Below are positions 13,300 through 24,168 of a stretch of 64,000 nucleotides of DNA, piece after piece. Location: positions 12,028,001 to 12,092,000 of the forward strand of contig NC_043006.1 of the NCBI RefSeq assembly GCF_006345805.1, given 5' to 3'. This DNA comes from Octopus sinensis. Lineage: Eukaryota. Each line of letters starts with the position of its first letter. Within the stretch, counting starts at the first letter, position 1. The notes beneath the pieces were generated by a model, which was not told the DNA's origin, did not search any database, and worked only from the letters and a program-made list of their open reading frames with translations. A program made the translations under genes and the position numbers.

Positions 13300-14270
13300 A
13301 CGATAATTAACAACCAAATATCAAAGCTTATAATGTGCGGAAAGAGACCCTATGAGACTTCTGACAGCAGGGTGCTGTACCCTTTCACAGAACAAAGACC
13401 GAGCGTTCTGAGAAGTAAAACAACGACAATAATACGGAACTACGAAACCAATGTGATGAAAAGTGGAGTAAACCCAAAGTGCCGATACTGCAACGATGAC
13501 ATTGAAACATTGAGCCACTTAATCTTTGGGTAATGTTTTATCCTCAGTGGAATATAACCTAAGACATGACAGAGTCGGCCAATATCTACACTAGATAATA
13601 TGTCGGCATTATAAAATCAAAACTGCTGACAAATGGTACAAGCACCTCCCCGAATCTGTAACTGAGGGAGAAAATGTAACGATTCTTTGGGACTTTCCAG
13701 TATATAGAGAGTGGACCATCAAACCTAAAAACACAGATATTGTTGTGAAAGACCAAAATAATAAAATCTGCTTATTGATTGACATGAGCATACCATGTGA
13801 TCATATCTCGGCAAAAATAATTTGATAAGCTCAGAAGATATAAAGCTTTCCTGATTGAAATCGAAAAACCGTGGCATCTCAAAACGGTTAATGTACCAGT
13901 GATTGTAGGAGCACTTGGAATGGCCAAATAGGGAGTTGAAAATTATTTAAGAGTGATCCCTGGTTTATCATCCATGCTGGATGTGCAAAAGATTGTCTTA
14001 ACTGGAACGTCGCACGAATTGAGAAGAGCATTGTCGCCGTGAATTTTCTTTTCTGTTGCCCCCTTTACTTTCTTTGTTATCATTTTCTTCATTTCTCCAT
14101 TTTTCCTCCTTTCCTGTATCTTTCCTCCTACTACTTCCTATCACATGACTTTGTAAATGGATAATCTGATATGTTTATTTTAATGACATACCAGTATGTA
14201 GAGTGAGTTTCTTTGCCCAAGGTGTTACGAAGACACTCAGCAAGAAATGGAAACAAAATGGAAAGAATAC
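13300..14270 (+). mobile_element. R4/Dong-like retrotransposon 3' kb (CCHC knuckle, RLE domain, 3' UTR), degenerate
   Basis: KCRYCNDDIETLSHL..C, RHDRVGQYLH, ENVTILWDFPV, TDIVVKD..LLIDMSIPCD, VPVIVGALG, QKIVLTGTSHELRRALS, with stops and frameshifts. Confidence 0.88.
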
Positions 14271-14284
14271 TGCTCTATATATAA

Positions 14285-14455
14285 AGAGATGAGGAAATGT
14301 GTACATTATTTACGTTATTTATATTGCCAGATATGTGTCCTCATCTTGCTTGTTCTTAACACAACGTTTCGGCTGATTTACTCTCCAGCCTTCATCAGGT
14401 GTCCTGGTTGAATTTTGACCCCAACACTGTGTTCTCATTTCTAAGGTATTTCTAA
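14285..14455 (-). mobile_element. Hammerhead-bearing non-coding element (Penelope pseudo-LTR-like), family HH-A
   Basis: Homologous to both arms of 17363-17812; contains the hammerhead at 14358-14403. Confidence 0.7.
14358..14403 (-). ncRNA. Minimal type I hammerhead ribozyme motif
   Basis: Minus strand reads GACAC-CUGAUGA-A-GGCUG(10-nt loop)CAGCC-GAAAC-GUU-GUGUU: stems I and II pair, stem III is the palindrome AACGUU. Confidence 0.72.
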
Positions 14456-14639
14456 AGTTATTATTATTATTATATTATTATTATTATTATATTATTATTA
14501 TTTATTCAAGCCACTGCCTGGAATTGAACTCGTAGTCTTGAGGTTAGTAGCCTACGTTCTTAACCATTACGCTTTATGCCCGTGAAAGAAGATTAATGGT
14601 AATGATAATAATAAGAAAAGGAATAAGCAGCTGAAGAAG

Positions 14640-14820
<181 letters not shown>

Positions 14821-15731
14821 CCTTATAACACCATAGGTTCAAATGCGTCAGCCAAAGGATCTGTAATGGATGTTTTTCTCGGCAAGAATTAGTCAATGGA
14901 AGAATTCATAGAAGACTGTTAAGTTGGATTCGGTTGCTAGGAAGATTAGAAAATCTGACGCTTAGGGATTTTACTTCATTTGGGAGTGAGGGAGAGATAG
15001 AAAGTGAGAGTCGGAGAAGGAGGATGAGGGAGAGTGAGAGAGAAAGAGTGGAATTTGATGAACATCACATCACTTCTCCTGGCAACTGAACATGTGAAAA
15101 GGTTTTATAAACACCTCTTCTTAGAAGAAAGAAGTAAAAGTAAACTATAATAGATCCATTCTATAAGTGACCAGTGCATGACCTCCGAAGCAAAGCAAAA
15201 CGAAAAGAAATGATTGCTTGAACTGAACTCAAACATAATAGAACCTGATAGTCTTCACCTGATTCTACTGACAGAATAATGACTAAAGAAAGGAAATTGC
15301 TAATAAAAATTTAACTTTTATGGTCACAGCATTTTAAATCTAGCAGTTTAAACGTCATAAAACATGGCCATTAATGGTTTGAAGAGTGTGTGAGAATAGA
15401 CAAAAGAAAAATCAACGATTCAAGCCCTTACAGAGGCACGTCTTGAATTGGAAAATATATGCCTAATTATTATGATAAAGAGAAAAAGGCCCGTTAAGGA
15501 TAAAATTTGCAGTGATTTGGAGCATTAGAAATAGCAGTTAAATTGTCATTGAATATTGGAAAGCCTCATAAATCAGGAAAGAAGATATTAGATAATGCAG
15601 TCAACAAACTACAGAAAATGCGGGTGGCCAAGGTTGGAATCCCTGAAGCCGCATACCAACGATTGCAGCTGAGAAGAGAGTCACGTTGTGACTTTGTAAT
15701 CTGCTAGAAGACACACTCAGCTTTTCCTTAG

Positions 15732-15775
15732 AACACAACCTACTCGTTTAAAAAATACTGACGTCTCAGCTTCAG
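15732..15775 (+). CDS. Candidate 44-bp internal exon (TQPTRLKNTDVSAS), gene unknown
   Basis: Acceptor cttttccttag and strong donor CAG|gtgagt; one open frame. No homology recognised. Confidence 0.25.
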
Positions 15776-15874
15776 GTGAGTAATATAACGTCAGATGTAT
15801 GAAATTTACTGAATCAAAAGATGGGGTGGTCATTACTGGAAGGCTAATGATGTTATTATGCCGAACTGATAAAA

Positions 15875-16108
15875 TACGGGGACGTAAACACACCAACACT
15901 GGTGGAGTACAAACACACAAAAATGGATATATAATATATATACCACGGGTTTCTTTCAGGTTCTGCCTACCAGATCTACTCACAAGGTGTTGGTCGGCTA
16001 TAGGCTATGGTAGAAAACTACTTAACTAAAATTCCACGTAGTCGGACTGAACCCAGAACCACGTGGCTGGGAAGCAAGCTTCTTACCACACGGCCACACC
16101 TGCACCTA
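15875..16108 (-). mobile_element. SINE family A, 5' half
   Basis: Reverse complement begins aggtgcaggtgtggccgtgtggtaagaagcttgc. Confidence 0.8.
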
Positions 16109-16323
16109 TTAGTCATGTTCGTTTTTCCCTTAGTCATCACATTAATTTTTGTAAAGCCTTGGCGCAATTAATAAGGTCTGTTATTAATTGTATTTATTTT
16201 AAGAGCCTCGAGAAAAATTAACAGGAAACATCAACGTCACTCTCTTTTCAAATTAAAACATTGAGGAATGAAATTTAAGAATGGAAGCAATTCAGTTCGC
16301 CAGTTTCTGTTGTTGCTAAGAAC

Positions 16324-17026
16324 GTTACCAATAGGAAGTACAGCCGACAACATAGTTTCCATTGCAAATCAAGTTTGTCAATAAGGAATAATCCTTCAAT
16401 ACCATATATACTCTCACAGAAATCTCTGGTGATATACCTAACAGAAAACAGACTAACATTCAATATATTTTTTAACTTAGCTAGTTCTTAACATTTCATA
16501 TCGAAGACTGTGAGGGCGCGTGGCTTAGTGGTTAGGGCATTCGGCTCACGATTGTAAGGTCATGAGTTCAATTCCAAGCGACGCGTTGTGTCCTTGAGCA
16601 AGACACTTTATTTCACATTGCTCCAGTCCACTCAGCTGGCAAAAATGAGTTGTACTTGTATTTCAAAGGGTCAGCCTTGTCACTCTCTGTGTCACGCTGA
16701 ATCTCCCTGAGAACTACGTTAAGGGTACACGTGTCTGTGGAGTGCTCAGCCACTTGCACGTTAATTTCACGAGCAGGCTGTTCTGTTGATCGTATCAGCT
16801 GGGACCCTCGTCGTCGTAACCGACGGAGTGCTCCTTTTTTTGTTACTAATAGGAAATACAACAGACAACATAGTTTCCATTGCAAATCAAGTTTGTCAAT
16901 AAGGAATAATCATTCAATACCATATATACTCTCACAGAAATCTCTGGAGATATACCTAACAGAAAACAGACCAATATTCAATATATTTTAAACTTAGCTA
17001 GTTCTTAACGTTTTATATCGAAGACT
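16324..17026. repeat. ~186-bp direct repeat pair (16324-16509 and 16842-17026) flanking a SINE
   Basis: About 11 differences over 186 bp by eye; both copies abut the SINE ends. Confidence 0.93.
16512..16834 (+). mobile_element. tRNA-derived SINE, family D
   Basis: A box tggcttagtgg, B box gagttcaattcc, core ttgagcaagacactttatttcacattgctccag; 3' ~170 bp shared with family C. Confidence 0.92.
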
Positions 17027-17362
17027 TCATATTTCACCTATCCTCCATTGACATCTCTTTTAAGGTTAAAAAGTGTAATGTGTGAACTTCAGTACCGAAG
17101 ATATCGCTTATAGAATCTATTATATGCTCCAGTGTTGATAAGACAGCGCAATCGTAATAAATTATACTATTTTCATATTTTATCATGTACTATAGCCGTA
17201 TAGATCATTCAAAGTAGAGACGACTTGCATAATTTAAACTCCAACGTAAACCTGTTCAAATCACTCGTGTAGTTTACAGCTGGCTGTGTTAGTGAAAAAA
17301 ACCCAACAACTACAGAACTGTCAACGAGACAGTTCTATATGTAAGAGATGAGGAATTATGCA

Positions 17363-17812
17363 CATTATTTACATTATTTACATTTGACGGATATTTGTTC
17401 TCATCTTGTTTTTTGTGAACACAACGTTTCGGCTGGTATATCTGTTTCTTTACTACCCACAAGGGGCTAACACAGAGAAGACAAACAAGGACAGGCAAAC
17501 GGATTAAGTCGATTACATCGACCCCAGTGCGTAACTGGTACTTATTTAATCGACCCCGAAAGGATGAAAGGCAAAGTCGACCTCGGCAAAATTTGAACTC
17601 AGAACGTAACGGCAGACGAAATACGGCTACGCATTTCGCCCGGCGTGCTAGCGATTCTGCCAGCTCGCCTGGTATACCCTCCAGCTTTCATCAGGTTCGA
17701 AATTTCCCCAAGACTCCTGATGAAGGCTGGAAGGTATATCAGCCGAAACGTTCTGTTAACAGCAAACAAAATGAGGACAAGTATTCGTCAAATGTAAATA
17801 ATGTAAATAATG
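17363..17812. mobile_element. Palindromic HH-A element with two oppositely oriented hammerhead motifs, interrupted by a SINE
   Basis: Removing 17441-17668 restores an inverted repeat with TCATCAG at 17688-17694 and CTGATGA at 17717-17723. Confidence 0.8.
17441..17668 (-). mobile_element. SINE family B with 8-bp TSD ctggtata
   Basis: Full head-to-tail copy; ctggtata at 17433-17440 and 17669-17676. Confidence 0.92.
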
Positions 17813-18284
17813 AACTATCAACGATTAATGCATAAGCAAAAAAAAAAAAAAGGAAAAAATAGAGAGAAACAAAATTATCTTATAGTTGAGTAGAAATCAC
17901 GAATGCTAAACACTACTAGCTTGTGCTATACAGATATTCCAATAGTAGGAGCAGCAAGCTGAAACTTCCGATTATGGCCATTTTGGACTCATTTAAAATA
18001 TTGAAACGTATTTATATTCAAACTGATGGCAGGAAAAAAATAAAGAGACAGAAGACTCAAAATGAATATACATATTTGAAACAGCACTAGATTATAATAC
18101 ATGTGTGTATAATATTTAATGTATATACATACGTGGAATGGCACTAGCTGTATTATTTTGTCTCAGAAAATTCTTAAAGAGACTTGTGTGTTACATTGGT
18201 CATCCATTTTAGTATTAAATCGCACACTGCTAGAGCCAGAGTTAATTATATTGATAGGTCGTCTAATAGTCAACTATATTTTAT

Positions 18285-18490
18285 TGTTGGTCGCCATGAT
18301 AGATCGTTAGTCACTACACACATTTTTTCTCTCCTTGTTTTTCTCCTTATTTTTTCTGTGTCCCTTTCTGTAGAAGAGCGTAGGCTCGAAACATAAAAGA
18401 ATTTTTCTATCCCTGAGCGTTATACTAATACGTCCTTCTGTTTTGTACACCACCTGTCTTCGTCTTTTGTTTTTTTCTTAAACTCTCACT
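18285..18490 (+). mobile_element. Solo copy of the Penelope-like terminal region (HH-D family)
   Basis: Homologous to 49985-50125, which lies downstream of the GIY-YIG fragment. Confidence 0.75.
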
Positions 18491-18591
18491 ATATTTTATT
18501 GTTTCGTATCTTGCTAGACGTAAGGCCTAATGGACATAGAAAAAAACGTATAACTTATTTGGTGTCGTTATAAGATAACAAGAGACAATTT

Positions 18592-18765
18592 TTAAATGAC
18601 AAATTCAGAACTCAAAATGAACCCATATACAACATTGACTTTCAAAATTTGCATTAGAATATTTAAATTTAGCAACAGTGAAAGCGTTCCCCGGCGCACG
18701 AATTCGCTGTTGCCGTTCACAATCACATCTATGTATATGTTCGATTCATATAAGTCCCTTTTACC
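18592..18765 (-). CDS. Candidate terminal exon (GKRDLYESNIYIDVIVNGNSEFVRRGTLSLLLNL...), gene unknown
   Basis: Acceptor cttgtattttccaag, open to a stop at 18592, hydrophobic C-terminus; phase-compatible with 22586-22741. Confidence 0.2.
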   Translation of the reverse strand, partial: GKRDLYESNIYIDVIVNGNSEFVRRGTLSLLLNLNILMQILKVNVVYGFILSSEFVI

Positions 18766-18840
18766 CTTGGAAAATACAAGGATGTTCATACTAATTCTTT
18801 CCCCTTTTAAATTCAATAATGCTGATCAATTATTAAAGTA

Positions 18841-19227
18841 GATGGAAGCACTCCGTCGGTTACGACGATGAGGGTTCCGGTTGATCCGAATCAACGGAAC
18901 AGCCTGCTCGTGAAATTAACGTGTAAGTGGCTGAGCACTCCACAGACACGTGCACCCTTAACGTAGTTCTCGGGGATATTCAGCGTGACACAGAGAGTGA
19001 CAAGGCCGGCCCCTTGAAATACAGGTACAACAGAAACAGGAAGTAAGAGTGAGAGAGAGTTGTGGCGAAAGAGTACAGCAGGGATCACCACCATCCCCTG
19101 CCGGAGCGTCGTGGAGCTTTTAGGTGTTTTCGCTCAATAAACACTCACAACGCCCGGTCTGGGAATCGAAACCGCGATCTTATGACCGCGAGTCCGCTGC
19201 CCTAACCACTGGGCCATTGCGCCTCCA
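18841..19227 (-). mobile_element. tRNA-derived SINE, family C, with 14-bp TSD
   Basis: Reverse complement begins ggaggcgcaatggcccagtggttagggcagcgg; caattatt(a/g)aagta at 18827-18840 and 19230-19243. Confidence 0.93.
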
Positions 19228-19969
19228 CACAATTATTGAAGTATACCGCTGATTACGAGATGACAAGCAAACAATGCAGACGCTTGGTTTCTAAATCCGT
19301 TACATTTCTTTACGAAGGAGAAAGTTTAGCGGGAATTTCGCGCAGAAACGTACCACAGAGAATGTTTGCATTTAATTAGTAGATATTGATTGACATGTTC
19401 TTTTCTGAAGAATTACTAAATCTAAACTCTGGTATCTGGCATTATTTCAACAGAGATAAATTAATTGAAGGCAGCGTTGGGAAATTACAAAAAATGTTCT
19501 TCATAAAATATATAATAAAGAGAGGAATCACAACAGCTAAAACAACAGCAACGAATATTATTGTTTTACTAAAGAAATAGTATTTATTTCTTTAAGACCC
19601 GTACACTTTGTAAATATATTCTCATACGTGCAATATAAAAAAATCTTCTATTTCTTATTAATTGCGTGCGTTTTAGTATCTCGTAGTTTGTTCTCATTAA
19701 ACATAACAAAATATCAATGAAATAATTATATCAGCAGAAAACTTTAAATTGTTCAATGTTTCAATGTCCTGAATGAATTAACAGAGAGATATGAAAGTAA
19801 CACAAACAAAAACCACCATCCATTAAAGTTTAAAGTAGCGTGAAGTTTACGATCAGACTATTAGACATTCGAATATTTTCAATACAGAGAATTTTTTTTT
19901 TATATTCATCTTGGTTCAACATTAATAGATCCATGTCTAAAAGAAATTAATATTTCGTTTCGTGTTATT

Positions 19970-19989
19970 TGTATTATTATTATTATAAA

Positions 19990-20061
<72 letters not shown>

Positions 20062-20072
20062 CATTATTATTT
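19970..20072. repeat. (ATT)n microsatellite
   Basis: Direct tandem. Confidence 0.96.
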
Positions 20073-20339
20073 GAATTGTTGTTTATTTTTAATTCGTTTC
20101 GTTTTCCATGTAGAAATTTATAGTTTCTCGATGTTCACTCTTCCGCTTTAAATGCCGTCCATATAGGCGCCACTAGTTTTAGAGCCAAACAGAGAGATTT
20201 CAGTACGTTTCAGTATATTATTGAGCCCCGAGGAGTCATTGATCTGTAAATTGATACTGTGAGGCCGCAAATACACTCTGTTCGGTGATGTATATAGAAA
20301 TTTACCCGTGCAACAGAACAACAAAAAGGCAAGCAAGTG

Positions 20340-20374
<35 letters not shown>

Positions 20375-20560
20375 TCATGAACATATATAAACACTTAAAC
20401 GTGCACACATCCTCACGCACTCATATAAATACATACATACATACATATATATATATATATATCTATATACCATATATATATATATATATACCATATATAT
20501 ATATATATATATATAAACACACACATACATATATACACACACACATACATACATACATAC

Positions 20561-20636
<76 letters not shown>

Positions 20637-20699
20637 ATACATATATATATATGTATGTATGTATGTATGAATGGTGTGTATATATATATATATGCATTG

Positions 20700-20810
20700 T
20701 GTATGTGTATTTGTAACGGTTATTAGCAACGTTCGATTCTTACTTAGGCATCACATCAGTTTTTTCAAAGCAATGCTGCTGCAACCACCTGAGTCACCTC
20801 TGTTATTAAA
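20700..20810 (+). mobile_element. Short interspersed repeat; inverted copy at 31640-31745, degenerate copy about 16110-16170
   Basis: tttgtaacggttattag..ttcttacttaggcatcaca..aaagcaatg shared among copies. Confidence 0.65.
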
Positions 20811-20849
20811 TATATTTCTAACGTCTAAACATGGCACACACACATACAC

Positions 20850-20992
20850 CATCGAATTATTTATCCTTGTCGATTTGCGCGGAATGATGTAAGCCATCCG
20901 CGTTTGACGCCGACCAGGCATGAATATCAGGCCAGGCTTTGAGTCACATCGGCCTTTCGTTAGGTGAAATATCTCATCTATGCACTCCACGA
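20850..20992 (-). CDS. Candidate internal exon (VECIDEIFHLTKGRCDSKPGLIFMPGRRQTRMAYIIPRKSTRINNSM), gene unknown
   Basis: Acceptor cgttcttttatag, weak donor ATG|gtgtat, single open frame. Confidence 0.2.
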
Positions 20993-21522
20993 CTATAAAA
21001 GAACGCAGTATTTAGCCATCTGAACTGGTTCATCGTAGCTGGTGACAGCCTTTTGTCTGTTCATCTGCTCAGCATCTAGTCATATTCGCCATTAACTCAA
21101 TAAGTTTATGAGCCAAAATAGTTCACATCTACCATATCGCATTCCGTTATTTCAACGTAACCTTACGCGCGTGGCTTATGAAATGGGTTGCGTTTATTAA
21201 ATGACATTTAAAGGAAAGACAGAAGGAACTTTTTTACAGCACAATAGAAAAGGAAAATGATTCCAAAACAAGTGATTTAGAACTTGGATAACATTGTAAT
21301 AATATGAGTCAATAAGAAAAAAATCTGCAACATTAATTCTACTCCTCTCGTATTAATACTGATGTAATCTAACTAATATATAAGCTGTTTTGTATACAAA
21401 TATGTTTTATATATCGCCTTATCTTCTTATGAATGTTATTTGAGGAAGATTTTCACGTCTTCGGGTTCAATTCTATAAGTAAAAGTAATAAAACACACAA
21501 GCATATGCACACACGCACACAT

Positions 21523-21906
21523 GGATGGAAGCACTCCGTCGGTTGCGACGACGAGCGTTCCGGTTGATCCGATCAACGGAACAGCCTGCTCGTGAAATTA
21601 ACGTGTAAGTGGCTGAGCACTCCACAGACACATGTACCCTTAACGTAGTTCTTGGGGATATTCAGCGTGACACAGAGAGTGACAAGGCCGGCCCTTTGAA
21701 ATACAGGTACAACAGAAACAGGAAGTAAGAGTGAGAGAAAGGTGTGGCGAAAGAGTACAACAGGGGTCACCACTACCCCCTGCCGGAGCCTCGTGGAGCT
21801 TTAGGTGTTTTCGCTCAATAAACACTCACAACGCCCGGTCTGGGAATCGAAACCGCGATCCTACGACCGCGAGTCCGCTGCCCTAACCACTGGGCCGTTG
21901 CGCCTC

Positions 21907-21907
<1 letters not shown>
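21523..21907 (-). mobile_element. SINE family C
   Basis: Near-identical to 18841-19227 and 40372-40758. Confidence 0.93.
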
Positions 21908-21937
<30 letters not shown>

Positions 21938-22317
21938 ACATACATATAACACAAAGACGCGTGAGACCGAGATGAGCTGCCTCAACGTATCTTTTACATG
22001 ATTTAGCCTGAATGAATTAGATGATAGTCGCTTGTGTAATAGAGATGAATAATAAGGTAGCAGAATTCCTCTCAAGACACATCAACGATGGTAAACAGAC
22101 GCCCAGAACTGTGTCCATTTGGGCTGTCAGGCTGTCAGCGTACTTACGGGTATGTTCACACACTCGAACGCACCTGCACATCTGCGCACGCACACACATA
22201 CACACAAACAGAGAAGGATATCTTACTTTCTGTCTATCTATTCATCCATCCATCTGTCTGCCTGCTTGTTATTCTGTATGTCAATATATTTACCTACCTA
22301 CCTACCTACCTACCTAC

Positions 22318-22415
<98 letters not shown>

Positions 22416-22585
22416 GTCAACCAATCAACCAATCAATCAATCGCCTGTCGGACGAGTCTATCGTAAAAATTGCACCGCCCCATTCCCTCAACCGGGAAGG
22501 CAAAGCAGTTTTCATCGTACTGGTGGCTATGGTGAAAGTATGTGTGTGATGAACTCGAGCGAAAGGATTAGAGACACACACTTAC

Positions 22586-22741
22586 CTCTGTGGCCAATCG
22601 CTCATCAACTTTTTCAAGTACTACTTGAAAATGAAGGTGAGAATGGAGAGGCAGGTTTTGTCTCGTGAAAATTTCAACAGAAGGTGGGTGAATGTAGCAA
22701 AGATGGTGCGTGCGAGTGACGAAGCCACTTTGAGCATGATC
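22586..22741 (-). CDS. Best candidate exon, 156 bp, phase 0-0 (DHAQSGFVTRTHHLCYIHPPSVEIFTRQNLPLHSHLHFQVVLEKVDERLATE), gene unknown
   Basis: (CT)n polypyrimidine tract plus tatacag acceptor, consensus donor GAG|gtaagt, length divisible by 3, only this frame open end to end. Confidence 0.45.
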
Positions 22742-22750
22742 CTGTATATC

Positions 22751-22794
<44 letters not shown>

Positions 22795-23699
22795 ACTTTG
22801 TTCTCATGTGTTTATTTCTTCCCTGCCTGAGGTTACCGTGGTCTTTTCTGTAGGTTTCTTTCCACGGATGAACCTAATCTTGTTTGTCACTTTGAAAAAC
22901 AAATTTCTTTCTTTGATACACGATCCCTTTTTTATTCCGATCCCTTTTGATCGAAATTTTACATTTATTACTTTCTTTTTCTTTTTCATTTTCCATCTTC
23001 GAAAAAAGCCTTACATTTGTATTTGTCCCCTGTGTGGCCAATAAAGAAAGTCATCTGTCTGTTTGTCTCCGTGTGTGCATGTACGTATATGTATATGCTA
23101 GGTGTTGTAAAGAAACTTTGAGATTCATTGGTCAGAATTTGTAACGGTTATCTTAAACATTTGTTATCGTAGCAGAGATGAACGACCTTGAGGTTCATTT
23201 TCACTAAAGATGAAGAGCTTTCAAGAAATAATCTCCAGCCTTCTTATCCGTCTGCATAACGTTAGCGACTATTGTGAAATCCATTTGAAATATTCAAGTT
23301 ATATCTGTGGGTGTGAGAATGTGTGTGTGTGTATGTGTGTCTGTATTTGTGTGTGGTTGTGTGTGTATATGTGTGTGTGTATGTGTGTGTGTGTATGTCA
23401 CTGCTTGGAAGAAACCGTCTATTTGCCAGTACTATCCCGTCATTCTAGAAGAAGAAAATTTAATCCATACATGTTTCTATAATGAAAATGTATGTGGTAG
23501 TAGGTATAATTTGCATATGAATACGTAGGTGTGCGTATTTTGATCCGTTGCTCTGTGCTCAGTTATATAAGAGTATAAACAATTCAAAATTATTCTAATA
23601 TAAATATTTGTCATTTGACTAGGTAAGTATCTACAATACGTGTATGGTTGTGCTCAGCCAACCGTGACAACTTTAAATAATGACACCAAACAGATTGTC

Positions 23700-23768
23700 G
23701 CATGACGTTAAAGAACGGAAGTAGCGGCGAATTTACAAACATTTCTAAAACCTGATCACGTGATCATC
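23700..23768. promoter_or_regulatory. Possible promoter motif cluster
   Basis: TGACGT (23703), ETS-like CGGAAGT (23716) and the 14-bp palindrome TGATCACGTGATCA (23753-23766) in a CpG-rich island. Confidence 0.3.
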
Positions 23769-23877
23769 CTCGATCAATCAAAACGTATCCAAACCAGATA
23801 CTAACTTGAGACATGTTCATTCTATAAAACAAGAGAATTTTTGAATTCCAGTTAGAAGCAAGGAAGTTGCAGCATAC

Positions 23878-23918
23878 CTCCACGTCTTTCTCTCTCAACT
23901 TTTGAAAATCATAGAAAT
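23878..23918 (-). CDS. Candidate 41-bp exon (FYDFQKLREKDVE)
   Basis: ggtttcacag acceptor, GAG|gtatgc donor; phase-0 end fits 22586-22741. Confidence 0.22.
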
Positions 23919-24168
23919 CTGTGAAACCAGTGAAGTCTTTAAAAATTTTAAAGCAAAAACATCTAAACAAATCCCAGTGCATTTTCATCTTTGATATACA
24001 TGTGTGGGTGTGTGGGTATGTGTGTGCGCATAAATATATATACACACTTACGTGTACCTACATGTATGTACAAACATATATATAATTTAATAAATACAAG
24101 AATTATACATGAGCTACTTCAAGTTTCATGCTCGAACACCACAGTATTCTTTTCTCGTATTTTTTCAG

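Noticed and set aside
16512-16590. SINE heads (also at 40372, 25513 and 52886) as true tRNA genes
   Set aside because: A and B boxes are present, but the acceptor stems do not close and each runs into a repeat body with a tail or TSD.
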